IMG/VR virus record: IMGVR_UViG_3300037506_000112
Span: 1-30,060 of that record
Source: a virus
Lineage: Duplodnaviria > Caudoviricetes
Strand: one strand, 5' to 3'
DNA length: 30,060 bases
Shown here: positions 8,123 to 17,063 of the stretch, one piece after another
Position numbering within the stretch: position 1 is the first letter of the stretch
How the letters are laid out: every line of letters starts with the position of its first letter
Program-made: the position numbers and the translations under genes
Notes under the pieces: generated by a model
What the model was told of the DNA's origin: nothing
Seen by the model: the letters and a program-made list of their open reading frames with translations, nothing else
Database searches by the model: none

Positions 8123-8462
8123 TGGACTCCTCAATGGACAGGGCCTTGGCAACTTCGGTTCTAATCAATTCCCGCAATTCAGGACGATCAGACAGCTTCT
8201 CGACTGCCAATACGCCACGAATCACGATGAAGTTCATGTCCTTATATTGGGTTTTCAGGCAGCGAAGCAGATCTCCAACCTGTTGCATATCCGTCTTCGC
8301 GGAATCGAAACCCACGATTGAAAGATGTGGTTCAAGCAGATACAGCATGATATGGCTATTGCGTGGATCAATCTTGTAAGGCGCAATCATGTCAACCGAA
8401 CAACGCACACCTATCACATGCTCAGATATCCACTGCCAGACCCGTGAAATATTCAGTCGCAT
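8112..8462 (-). CDS. Hypothetical protein
   Basis: ATG 8462 lies 2 nt after the upstream stop and follows a G-rich RBS (track starts at 8489). Its 3' end overlaps the capsid gene start. Confidence 0.55.
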   Translation of the reverse strand: MRLNISRVWQWISEHVIGVRCSVDMIAPYKIDPRNSHIMLYLLEPHLSIVGFDSAKTDMQQVGDLLRCLKTQYKDMNFIVIRGVLAVEKLSDRPELRELIRTEVAKALSIEESNEP

Positions 8463-8464
8463 CT

Positions 8465-8950
8465 CTACACCCCCACCACCTGGAACCAACCGTCGATCAT
8501 CTTGTCGTTGGCCTTTTCGCTGATATCGATCAAGCCCTGATCGAACCCTTCTCCCCAGCCAGTCTTCTTATGCCCCGGACTCTGCCATGCGCCAAACACG
8601 TAAATTGCTGCTGGATCGTCGTTGAAGATCGACATGAAGCCGTCGTTACGGCGACGATCTACCCTGACCTGCCAGGCATCTTCGACGCCGGGATCGCGGC
8701 GCTTGGTGGGAATACCCTGACCGAAACCGTCGCTCGCGAAAAAGGCTTGCTGGCTAAGCAACGAGGCAAACTCAAATGGCGAGCTAACAGGCAATGGCGC
8801 TCTGGTCAGTGCTGAATCCGCCACCAGGCCCTCGACATACGGTTTGACCGTGCGGTCGACATACTCACCAAACCGACCCGGAGCGGTACGCGCCGACTCG
8901 CGGTAGGCCAACAGCACATCATCGTCGAAGATCAGCGCGCTGTAGAACAT
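8465..8950 (-). CDS. Putative virion morphogenesis/neck protein (HK97 gp10-like)
   Basis: 161 aa, TGATG overlap with the portal gene. IFNDDPAAIYVFG…Q..GH…GW loosely resembles this family. Synteny agrees. Confidence 0.4.
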   Translation of the reverse strand: MFYSALIFDDDVLLAYRESARTAPGRFGEYVDRTVKPYVEGLVADSALTRAPLPVSSPFEFASLLSQQAFFASDGFGQGIPTKRRDPGVEDAWQVRVDRRRNDGFMSIFNDDPAAIYVFGAWQSPGHKKTGWGEGFDQGLIDISEKANDKMIDGWFQVVGV

Positions 8951-11769
8951 CAGCTTCCCTCCGCGATGGGTTCGGGATGCTCGTGATCATCAGCCGACTT
9001 GGGGCCGATGAGTGCAGGCGGGGTTCGCTCCGATACAGGTTCATCCGTCGGGTCAAATCGACACCCGCAGTTGAATCCGTGACAATTGAGCTTGCGACTC
9101 TTCGGCGTAATGCCCAGCTTCGCCCATTCGTCACCGGTCAACACCAGACCATCGAGCGCCTTGCAGTCCGGACAGCTACCGGGCTTCGAGGGATCGCGTC
9201 GCCACTTGAAGCGCTTCTCACGACCCAGCAGAACCTTGGCGATATCTTCCTGTCTTCGGAAGCCTTCGACCCACAAATCGGCGCGCTGGAGCAATGGCGC
9301 AAGCTGCCCGCCCTTGACTTTCGTACCCGCGTCAACGGCATCCGCAAACCCGGTGATAAACGTCGCTTCGTCCGCGATCTCGGCTTCTAGTCGGTTGAGA
9401 TCCGTTGCGCTCAATGCATCAAGCGACAGGCCGTAGCCTTTGGCAACGTCTGCCCAAGCTGCATGATAATTGCGCCGCACAGCTAGAAACATGCCATCGG
9501 TGAAGTCGAACTTGGTGATCTGACCCGCCCAGAAACCGCGCACCTGAGATCGAATGGTGCGGCGGTAATCGTCGATGCCCTTGATCCCGGCCAAGCGATC
9601 AAATGCCACTTCGACCTCCGCCTTGTCGGCCAGGGCGCTTTTTGCCACATCGAACACCTGTGGAATCTCGTGCTTCTCGTCGAGAAGCGATTCACGAATG
9701 AAGGTGACGATCTCGTGATCGGCCAGCTCGCGTGGCTCGAAGGCATAGGTACGACCTTTGCGCTCGCAAATCTTGCGCCAGTCGGTGAGTTCCTTGAACT
9801 GTGCATCGGGTATCCAGTCGCGCTTCTCGGATGCCGGAGCAGCTTCATCGGCTTTGTTGTCGTCCTCGTTCCAGGGACAGCGATAAGCGATATCGTCACC
9901 GACGCCGAGTAGCAGTTCCTGCGGCGTGACCTGGATCTTGGTGTGGAAAGTGATCGCCGGAGGCTTCTCGCTCGCATAACCCATCGTGATGTGTGGCTTG
10001 TATTTCTCTGGAAGCGAGTAGGTACTCAGGCTCAGCCCATGCCCGATACACAGGTCGTAAAGGCTTTCCTGAAGTTCAAGCAATATCGGGTTGTTGCGGA
10101 CGCGGAAGTGCAGTGCGTGTTCACCCAGGTTGTCAAACGAATTGAGTGAGCCGACCCAGAGCGCCAGATCTTCCGGCCAGTCAATGTCGGCCAGCGAATT
10201 CTTCACAGCGGTGATCTGTGCATCCGTAACTGCTGGCGCGTAGATCAGCGTCACATGGAAACTGTCGGGTGCGTTCCATTTGACGGGGATCGCCGCGCAC
10301 CGTTCCTTGACAGTAGCTTGGAGCGCGATGAGATCCGGGTTGTTGCTGAGGCCGATCATGAGACATAGCGATTTCGAGCCTTCAGGCGGTTGTGTATCGG
10401 CTTGTGTCGCTGCCGGAAGCTGCGGAATAGCAGCGTCACCATCGCCCGCTTCTGTTGGCCTGGGTGGCAACGGATGCGCGGATTCATCCACCTGGTTTGG
10501 TGTGCTGGTGTCTACGGAAGGGGCAGGCAATGCTGGTGACCGCACCTGGTCGATCTGGGAGATATGCGTAGGCAGACCACCCCAGATGTAATAGTCCCTC
10601 AACCGTTCTATCGCGTCGCCGTCCACGTCGACTTGCGTCGCCTTGGCCGCTGAGTATAGAGATCGGTAGCCGCCTTGAACCTGGGCGTTAACCACATTCG
10701 TTTTGGCCGCCATATCCTCTTTGAGGATGCCGACCTTTGACGAATCGATAGCAACGGTCAGTCCAGAACCGTATCGCTGGACAACTGCATAATCGCTGCA
10801 CAGGTCTTCGGTGTAGCGTTCGGCGTACCATTCCCAGCGCGGCACTAACCAGGATTGGCCCCAGTCACGTCGCGCCACCTCGGCCTGGGCGTAGTTGGAG
10901 GCCGATTCGCGGATCAGAGCGAGGGGCATGTCGAACGCCATCGACACCGCTTCAAATGACTGATCAAACTGCTCGGTGAAGGCGTTTTCGTCCCACTTTC
11001 CCTGCAGTTGCACCCACTCCCAGCGCATCGTCTGAATGAGTGTGCGACCAGCGTTGCGCGCACCCTGATACAGGCGCTGGAGCATCCGCTGCATCATGGG
11101 CACCGTTTTTCCATCCGTAAGGGGATTCTCCCCTTCTGCCGGTTGGACAATCGCGGCAGGGACGGCGCGGTTGCGCATGAACGAAACCTGCGTTTCGACC
11201 ATCTCGACGCCGAGTTCCGCATAGCGAAAGGCGACTTCCACCGGTGCAACGCCGTCGAAGTCATCTTCGAAATCGATGCTGTGCATGTACACCGCATCAC
11301 GGCGCTCGATTTTCTGGCGCGGTACTTCATAGCCGCGACCACGCCGGATAACTCGGAAGCCCTTCAGCCCGCCGCGCAAGTCTTCGTCGGGATACCACAG
11401 GGACGGGTTGATCCAGCGCAACTTATAAATCGACCCGGAATAGTTGCGGTTCTTCCACAACAGATTGCGGCCCCAGAAGCAAAGCGACAGTTCCGAGCGG
11501 CGCATGTTATCGCGATAATCGCGAGACATGGCCTGCATCAACGGATCGGTCTTCGAGAGCGGCTCACCGAACTTGTCCTTTATGACCAGCTCGCCGAGAG
11601 CCACCGCATCAGCGCGCTTGTTGCCTGCACGATAGGCTACAACCGATGTGGCGTAGAGACGGGCAAGATCGTGCGATGTCGCGTCGGGCCGGTCTGTCGA
11701 GATGAACTGGTCAAGCCAGGTCTTCAGCGCTTCAGGTCGTGTGTCTCGGCGCAGGATAAAGAGGCTCAT
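8950..11769 (-). CDS. Portal protein fused to a 2H phosphoesterase (LigT/Acb1-like) and a C-terminal MuF-like head morphogenesis domain
   Basis: Start ATG 11769 overlaps the TerL stop (ATGA). Portal motifs LCFWGRN…LRWINPS…GVAPVE…FMRNRAVPAAIV…GARNAG…VSMAFDMP…SNYAQAE. Pro-rich linker. Two HxT motifs (FHVTL 10249-10257, PHITM 9985-9993). C-terminal KRFKW…SCPDCKALDG…CHGFNCGC. Confidence 0.88.
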   Translation of the reverse strand: MSLFILRRDTRPEALKTWLDQFISTDRPDATSHDLARLYATSVVAYRAGNKRADAVALGELVIKDKFGEPLSKTDPLMQAMSRDYRDNMRRSELSLCFWGRNLLWKNRNYSGSIYKLRWINPSLWYPDEDLRGGLKGFRVIRRGRGYEVPRQKIERRDAVYMHSIDFEDDFDGVAPVEVAFRYAELGVEMVETQVSFMRNRAVPAAIVQPAEGENPLTDGKTVPMMQRMLQRLYQGARNAGRTLIQTMRWEWVQLQGKWDENAFTEQFDQSFEAVSMAFDMPLALIRESASNYAQAEVARRDWGQSWLVPRWEWYAERYTEDLCSDYAVVQRYGSGLTVAIDSSKVGILKEDMAAKTNVVNAQVQGGYRSLYSAAKATQVDVDGDAIERLRDYYIWGGLPTHISQIDQVRSPALPAPSVDTSTPNQVDESAHPLPPRPTEAGDGDAAIPQLPAATQADTQPPEGSKSLCLMIGLSNNPDLIALQATVKERCAAIPVKWNAPDSFHVTLIYAPAVTDAQITAVKNSLADIDWPEDLALWVGSLNSFDNLGEHALHFRVRNNPILLELQESLYDLCIGHGLSLSTYSLPEKYKPHITMGYASEKPPAITFHTKIQVTPQELLLGVGDDIAYRCPWNEDDNKADEAAPASEKRDWIPDAQFKELTDWRKICERKGRTYAFEPRELADHEIVTFIRESLLDEKHEIPQVFDVAKSALADKAEVEVAFDRLAGIKGIDDYRRTIRSQVRGFWAGQITKFDFTDGMFLAVRRNYHAAWADVAKGYGLSLDALSATDLNRLEAEIADEATFITGFADAVDAGTKVKGGQLAPLLQRADLWVEGFRRQEDIAKVLLGREKRFKWRRDPSKPGSCPDCKALDGLVLTGDEWAKLGITPKSRKLNCHGFNCGCRFDPTDEPVSERTPPALIGPKSADDHEHPEPIAEGS

Positions 11770-13205
11770 GCTATTGCCCCTTCCCATTCACCACCAGCTT
11801 GCTTGTTCGCCATGAGCGAAAGGACATAGCTCACTGCCCGATCATCCATCTCGCCGGGCGGCGCGCTCAGCGTTGAGCCTTCAATGCTGGCAAGCTGCTG
11901 TTGCACCAGGAACGTGTGGATGATCGTGTCACCGTCACGGAAGGTAGGGGCGGCGTGGTCATACAAGAGCACCTTGCTAAGGTCTGTTGTGTGCCAGCCG
12001 ATTTTCTTGTCGTGTCCGCGCAGGAGAGTCAGCGGGGAATGCTCGCGCAGCCACAAAATCACTGCGTGGCCGTGATTGTTACGCTCGACCAGCAGCGGCG
12101 CGTTATTGAAATACTTGCCGACGGTATCAGCGTGCGCGGCGAGCACTTCCGGCTGGAACTTGCCGGAGAGATGAGCGACTTCTTCCTGAGTCACGCGATC
12201 AATAAATGTGAAGCTTGATTCGTCACTGGTCGGGTTGCCCTCTGCCGGATCGACCCCGCCGACATATTTCACACCGGGTTCTGGCAACCGATAGAGCAAC
12301 AGGCCAGGGATCGCCGGGGCTGCTTTCGGTTCAAGCGATGCCATTTCGATGTAGCACCGCATCAACCACTCAGCGGAGATGCGTTTGTTCAGAGTCTTCC
12401 CGGCCAGCGCCTCAACATCCGTTGCCGGGTACTGCTCATACAGATCGTCCAGTGCGCCGGTGGCGGCCAGCGTGTCTCGCTTCTTCTGCTCGTACCATTC
12501 CAGCATGCGACCTGGATGAGCATTCCAGGGCAGGAACACGGCCTTCCAGCTATTCAGGCCTGCCTTTGCCGCACGGTAGATCTGTTTGAACCTCGAATTC
12601 GGCGTGCGCTTATCGACACGGCTAATGACGGCCAGCTTGCCGCCCGCGTCGATGGTTGGCTGAACGCGATTGAGTAAGCCGCCCTGATCCTCGACCAGGT
12701 CGAACTCGTCGGCCAGCGCGAAGGTCGCCGTGTAGGAATCACCTGCCGAGGTAGGGAAAGCACGGGCAATGCTGCCGTTCGACAAGCCAAAGATATGCCT
12801 GTCGTCCGTGGTGACGCTCTGTGCCTGCATCCACTCTGGCAAGCGGTAGTACATGCCGCGCAAACGCTCAGGGCCGAGCAGGTACACGGCTTCGTCGTCC
12901 CGCTTGGAGAAGATGAGGATAGTGGCAATGGGGTAGAAAATCATCAACCACAGGGCATAACCGAGCATGAGCCAGGTCATGCCGAGCTGGCGAGCTTTGA
13001 GTGCGATGAGAAGCTGGAACTGTTGGAGAAACCGCAGCACTTTGAACTGGGCGGGCCACAGCTTGAACGGTATCCAGCCCAGCGCTTCGGCATCATACAC
13101 CTGGCAATAGGTGTCGATGAAATACGCCACGCTGCGCTTGCACTTGCGCCATTCGACCAAGCGAGGATCGACGACAGGTTCAGTCGTCTGCCGTATCGCT
13201 ACCAA
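11766..13205 (-). CDS. terL: Terminase large subunit
   Basis: TTG start after GAGGAGG. Q motif LWPAQ, Walker A-like KARQLGMT, Walker B ALADE, RNase H-like nuclease GVDPAEG…DES…VERNNHG…DDRAVS. Confidence 0.95.
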   Translation of the reverse strand: MVAIRQTTEPVVDPRLVEWRKCKRSVAYFIDTYCQVYDAEALGWIPFKLWPAQFKVLRFLQQFQLLIALKARQLGMTWLMLGYALWLMIFYPIATILIFSKRDDEAVYLLGPERLRGMYYRLPEWMQAQSVTTDDRHIFGLSNGSIARAFPTSAGDSYTATFALADEFDLVEDQGGLLNRVQPTIDAGGKLAVISRVDKRTPNSRFKQIYRAAKAGLNSWKAVFLPWNAHPGRMLEWYEQKKRDTLAATGALDDLYEQYPATDVEALAGKTLNKRISAEWLMRCYIEMASLEPKAAPAIPGLLLYRLPEPGVKYVGGVDPAEGNPTSDESSFTFIDRVTQEEVAHLSGKFQPEVLAAHADTVGKYFNNAPLLVERNNHGHAVILWLREHSPLTLLRGHDKKIGWHTTDLSKVLLYDHAAPTFRDGDTIIHTFLVQQQLASIEGSTLSAPPGEMDDRAVSYVLSLMANKQAGGEWEGAIA

Positions 13206-13791
13206 AGCGATCCTCCTCGAACTGGGCGACTTCCTTTTCGGCCCGTTTGTCGGCGGCAGCCAGAATGTCGGCGGTCAGTGCGGTTAGTTCTTTGCCGTTG
13301 CTGGTGTGATCCACGTGATCAACAAGTAAGCCGTGATACCTGGCTAAAGTCTTAAGCGCGTCCTTTGCGTCGTGCAGCTTGAGCTTCGTCGTGCGGACGA
13401 GGATATCCTCGCCGTCTTCACGCGGGATGCGCTTCTCAACTATTGTTTGCTCTTTAATCAAGTGACCTTTGCCGCGCCGGCGCACTGTTTTAATATCGAA
13501 GCTGCCGTCCGGGTTGAGCACATCACTGATGTCGCTTTGCGCAATAGAGGTCAATCTGGCGATGACCTCATCCTCTCCCATCGCGATCCGTTTAAAATGT
13601 TTGTCTATTTCTTCACGAACTTTAGGATTCTTTAGGTTATCGTGGGCTGATACTGCAAGCGTTGAATAGCTGCCCTGATAGCCTGCCGAACGAGCGGCAC
13701 GCACGCCATTGAATCCATTGTGACAGTAGGCCACAACGAAGGCGCGTTGCTTGTCGGTCAGTAGTCGCTTCGGGGCAGACTTACGAGCCAT
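13180..13791 (-). CDS. terS: Terminase small subunit
   Basis: LTDKQRAFVVAY…NGVRAARSAGY…NLKNPKVREEI…EVIARLTSIA…KLHDAKDALKTLARYHGL is the typical TerS HTH pattern. Directly upstream of terL. Confidence 0.93.
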   Translation of the reverse strand: MARKSAPKRLLTDKQRAFVVAYCHNGFNGVRAARSAGYQGSYSTLAVSAHDNLKNPKVREEIDKHFKRIAMGEDEVIARLTSIAQSDISDVLNPDGSFDIKTVRRRGKGHLIKEQTIVEKRIPREDGEDILVRTTKLKLHDAKDALKTLARYHGLLVDHVDHTSNGKELTALTADILAAADKRAEKEVAQFEEDRFGSDTADD

Positions 13792-14283
13792 CTATCGCAT
13801 CGCCCTCAACATCTTCTCAAGGGCAATCGTCGCTTCGTTGCGCGGCCTGTCACCCAGGTAGTACATGCGCACAAAGGCATCCGCGAACTGGCCGGGAAAG
13901 GCGCGCTCATAGTGCTGAAGCCTGCCGGGGTAGACTGCCTTCAACCACTCATGCAGTCGCTTGCCCCATTGGTAGGTCAGCGCGATCTCCGGGCGGCAAG
14001 CTCGACCCGGACAATAGATATAGGTGCAGCGCAACTTGGCCGTGTTCACATAGATCACCGGTGGGTTGACCAGGGCGGCGTACTTCACCCCACTGACAGC
14101 CCGAATGTCGCGGAACGCCGCGCCGATCATCGGGAACTGCTCCGATAAAAAGTTGAAGCGCCGCGTTACCGATTCCGGGACAGTGGGTACTGCGCCCAAG
14201 GCCGGGCTTGGCACGAACATCACGAACAGCAGAACAAGGCACACGAAGGCCGTGAGAAGTCGTTTCACAGGTTGCTGGTTCAT
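13792..14283 (-). CDS. Secreted/membrane-anchored protein, possibly a degenerate zincin-fold protein
   Basis: Basic N-terminus plus hydrophobic helix and ALG-A cleavage-like site. ALTYQWGKRL…GQFADAF aligns by eye with HExGH…ExFAxxF but lacks the catalytic residues. Confidence 0.55.
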   Translation of the reverse strand: MNQQPVKRLLTAFVCLVLLFVMFVPSPALGAVPTVPESVTRRFNFLSEQFPMIGAAFRDIRAVSGVKYAALVNPPVIYVNTAKLRCTYIYCPGRACRPEIALTYQWGKRLHEWLKAVYPGRLQHYERAFPGQFADAFVRMYYLGDRPRNEATIALEKMLRAMR

Positions 14284-14294
14284 TGATAGGTCTC

Positions 14295-15080
14295 CTATCG
14301 AATGGGCTGCGCAATACCCTGCGCCTGGAGTGGGGCTGTATCGCCACTGTCGAGTGCAGGTTCGGGAATTGTCGGGCTGCGCTGAACCAGGGCAGCAGTG
14401 ATCACCTGTTCCACCGCTTTAAAGAACCGCTCTTCGGCTTCCTTCAGCGTATTGGAAAATTGGGTGTAGATAGGCTGAATAGCGGTTAACAGGTTGTCAG
14501 GCAAGCTGTCAAGCCGCCGGTGCAGCTCAACAATCTTTCCCTGAGTAACCTCGTGATTGCTGACACTGATTTGAAAAGCCCGAGTAAACGTGTCCGCATT
14601 GGACTTCGCCAGCGCCGCGACGCCAGCATTGTAGTCGTTGCGTGCCTCAACAAAGTCACTCTGCATTGCTTTGAGCTGGGTGAGCGTGTTGGACCAAAAC
14701 TCTTTAAGTGCAGTACGCTCCTCGATACTTGTCGCGACAGCCTGCGAAACCGCATTGATGGCAACCGCCAGCGCTCTCCCTGATTCCTGAGCCTGTGTTT
14801 CCAGCCCAAGAATCTGGTCAAGTTGACTGTCTCGCTTGACGCCGTTTTGCTCAATGTGCTGCACAGCCTGGAAAAGCTGGCCCTGGATACCGATCACTTC
14901 CCTGAGCAAAACGCCGGACTCTTTGCGATCCTGCCGACTAGCACGTGAAATGTAGAAAAGCAATAAGAGCGCACCAATCGCAAAGAAGGCGAGCACAGCC
15001 GCCACGCCAATAGCCCCCGCTTGCACGACTGCGATGAGCGTGTCGCTCGTTTTACTGATTGCCGCCCCGGTCGGGTCCAT
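14295..15080 (-). CDS. Single-pass membrane protein with long coiled-coil (possible holin/lysis accessory)
   Basis: Hydrophobic segment LIAVVQAGAIGVAAVLAFFAIGALLLLFYI followed by basic residues and a heptad-rich helical region. First gene of the late operon. Confidence 0.6.
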   Translation of the reverse strand: MDPTGAAISKTSDTLIAVVQAGAIGVAAVLAFFAIGALLLLFYISRASRQDRKESGVLLREVIGIQGQLFQAVQHIEQNGVKRDSQLDQILGLETQAQESGRALAVAINAVSQAVATSIEERTALKEFWSNTLTQLKAMQSDFVEARNDYNAGVAALAKSNADTFTRAFQISVSNHEVTQGKIVELHRRLDSLPDNLLTAIQPIYTQFSNTLKEAEERFFKAVEQVITAALVQRSPTIPEPALDSGDTAPLQAQGIAQPIR

Positions 15081-15232
15081 TCAGCCTCACATCTCTACCT
15101 CGCAAAATGTCACATCCGCGACCATCACGGCTTACCCGGACGCGCCACGACTCATGCGTTGGAAAAAGCGTCGGGGCGGATAAGTGACAACGAAAAACCT
15201 CCACGACAGAACAGACATACGTTCTATCATGA

Positions 15233-15262
15233 AGGTTAAATTAAGTCGGTCGATCTCGTCAA
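15233..15262 (-). promoter_or_regulatory. Candidate sigma70-type promoter for the late operon (TTGACG-N18-TAACCT)
   Basis: Lies in the largest intergenic gap (15081-15290), locally AT-rich, and flanked by two AAC-N4-GTCT boxes. Confidence 0.4.
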
Positions 15263-15290
15263 TGAAGACGTTCGTTTTACAACAAGCGTC

Positions 15291-15623
15291 TTAGGGCGTC
15301 GGCAATTTCCTGAGAATGCGCTTGAAGCGCTTCTTCACGAGGGGATGGGTGTATTTACTGTCCACAAGCCAGAAATCGCCGTGACGGCTGATAGCACTAC
15401 CCCGTGCGGCTAAGGTCATCGCGTAGCGGTAGGCGTTGCCTTTGGAAATGTCCATGATGTCCGCGATGAGTTGAAAGGGCGGGGCATTCCCGCCGTGATC
15501 ATAGGCATAGAACGCGACGATCAGCTCTACCCGCGTGTGCTGCCTGATGGATGTATCCTTGAGTAGTTGCAGCAACTCATCAGGCGGTTCCCAAGGTTTA
15601 TCTTCTGGTGAATAGAAGTACAT
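15291..15623 (-). CDS. Winged-helix DNA-binding protein resembling the LexA N-terminal domain (no peptidase domain)
   Basis: HGGNAPPFQLIADIMDISKGNAYRYAMTLAARG matches the LexA-type G.PP..REIA…..S…V…L..L…G pattern. Only 110 aa. Confidence 0.7.
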   Translation of the reverse strand: MYFYSPEDKPWEPPDELLQLLKDTSIRQHTRVELIVAFYAYDHGGNAPPFQLIADIMDISKGNAYRYAMTLAARGSAISRHGDFWLVDSKYTHPLVKKRFKRILRKLPTP

Positions 15624-15628
15624 AGGTT

Positions 15629-15642
15629 AGTGATTTATCACT
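15629..15642. promoter_or_regulatory. Palindrome AGTGAT-TT-ATCACT, candidate operator
   Basis: Perfect 6-bp inverted repeat 5 nt upstream of the wHTH gene ATG, next to a TTGACT hexamer. Confidence 0.4.
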
Positions 15643-15657
15643 CAGTCAAACAGGACG

Positions 15658-15885
15658 TTAACGATCATCCATCGGATACATCAGAGTCACGGTTCCCCCA
15701 ACGCACGGCTCTGAAATGTGAACCACTGGTACAGACTTCGTTGGCGCTGGCCGACGCCGGATGATCCGCCACAGGCGCTGCCAGAAAGTCTCTGGTACAG
15801 GCACACTGGCTATCTCGACGTGGGGTGATACTTGCACACCATTGACGAATGCCGCTCCGGGCGGCAGCTTCCACTCATATTTCAT
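15658..15885 (-). CDS. Hypothetical protein
   Basis: 75 aa ORF overlapping the upstream stop, co-oriented in the operon. Confidence 0.5.
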   Translation of the reverse strand: MKYEWKLPPGAAFVNGVQVSPHVEIASVPVPETFWQRLWRIIRRRPAPTKSVPVVHISEPCVGGTVTLMYPMDDR

Positions 15886-16174
15886 CGATTACCGGCCTTC
15901 CCCGCTGTACTGCCCGTTCCTTCACACGCTCAATGGCCTTGCGAAACGTAACGAACGCCTCAGCGATCTCCTGCTGATCGTTCAGGTTATCGCCGCCACC
16001 ACGCATCCAGGCGGCAGGTTCGAGGATCGGCGCGATCCCCTGCATCACGCCGATTGTGTTCAGAAGTTTGCTCAAGGTCTCCATCGGGAGTACCTGTGCC
16101 GTGCGCGCGATGCTGGTGATCAGCGCGAAAGTTGCCTTGTATTCGTCGTCGTTTAGAGTCTGGTTACTGCTCAT
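15875..16174 (-). CDS. Hypothetical protein
   Basis: 99 aa helical ORF with GAGGTG RBS. Confidence 0.65.
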   Translation of the reverse strand: MSSNQTLNDDEYKATFALITSIARTAQVLPMETLSKLLNTIGVMQGIAPILEPAAWMRGGGDNLNDQQEIAEAFVTFRKAIERVKERAVQRGRPVIDEI

Positions 16175-16182
16175 GCATCACC

Positions 16183-16659
16183 TCAGTTCAGATTCCCCGT
16201 CCGGCCCTTGATGTAACCGAACACGAACGCATCTAGGAACGATCCGTAATCGGCTTCCGGCTCATTCTTGCGCACCGCGTCAATGAGTTTCCCCAGTCGA
16301 TTGCGCTTCATTTCAAGAACGGCCACGTGTCGCCCTCCGTCGACAAAACTCGCTTGGCACACGATCAATGCTTCAATCCGGTTCGGATCATGTGTTGGGC
16401 GAACGGAAGGCGGAGCTTCGTCTTTCTTATACTTGCTCACCCACGCCTCGGAAATGAAGAATACCTGCTGAAGATCGGGATGTTCCTTCGCGAGTTTTGC
16501 TCCAAACATCGCCATCTCGTTATGACGACCAGGGCCGAACTCCGCGAAGTAAACCAGGATAACGTTTTCGGGAGTTTCACAAATCATTTGCGGGGCGTGT
16601 TTCCCGCTCTTCATTAGAACCTCACGGGCTATGCTCACTACGGCATCCAATGTCTGCAT
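16183..16659 (-). CDS. Hypothetical protein (FISEAW motif)
   Basis: 158 aa ORF with AAGGAG RBS and globular composition. Confidence 0.7.
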   Translation of the reverse strand: MQTLDAVVSIAREVLMKSGKHAPQMICETPENVILVYFAEFGPGRHNEMAMFGAKLAKEHPDLQQVFFISEAWVSKYKKDEAPPSVRPTHDPNRIEALIVCQASFVDGGRHVAVLEMKRNRLGKLIDAVRKNEPEADYGSFLDAFVFGYIKGRTGNLN

Positions 16660-16672
16660 TGGTAATTACTCC

Positions 16673-17059
16673 TTATTCCTCATCATCATCGAATTTCAAC
16701 GGCTGATAGCGATCCGCCAGGCTCGCCTCGAAGTCGCTCACGTCCTGGATGACTTCCTCTACGGCCTGGTGCGGTACGGATGAATGACCGTTCGAGGCCA
16801 TGGCCGACAACCGATCAGCGGCGGCCAGCAAGTCCGCGATCCGCTGCTCTATTGCGCCGGACAGCACAACACCTCGCTGGAATGGTTCGACCATTTCCGC
16901 ATCGCCATACTTCTCGGCCAGCGCGATCAGGGCATTGCCGATGATCTGCTTCTGCGACCATCCCTGCCCGGCGAAATGCTTGGCTATCGCCAGCACCCGC
17001 GCTTCGATGCCTGACCATTCAGAATCGTCGAACCATGCCTGGAGGTGTTTGCGTGCCAT
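16673..17059 (-). CDS. Putative ParR-like centromere-binding adaptor
   Basis: 128 aa, 4 nt downstream of the parM-like gene. N-terminal strand-helix-helix pattern (ARKHLQAWF…RVLAIAKHF…SQKQIIGNALIAL) is compatible with an RHH fold. Acidic C-terminal tail. Confidence 0.55.
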   Translation of the reverse strand: MARKHLQAWFDDSEWSGIEARVLAIAKHFAGQGWSQKQIIGNALIALAEKYGDAEMVEPFQRGVVLSGAIEQRIADLLAAADRLSAMASNGHSSVPHQAVEEVIQDVSDFEASLADRYQPLKFDDDEE

Positions 17060-17063
17060 TGGG

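Noticed and set aside
11008-11829. 273-aa plus-strand ORF (likewise 21815..22642, 24610..25404, 25756..26517)
   Set aside because: Antisense shadows of portal, polA and helicase genes with no domain signatures.
15291-15623. True LexA/CI repressor
   Set aside because: No C-terminal S24 peptidase domain or Ala-Gly cleavage region. Only the DNA-binding domain is similar.
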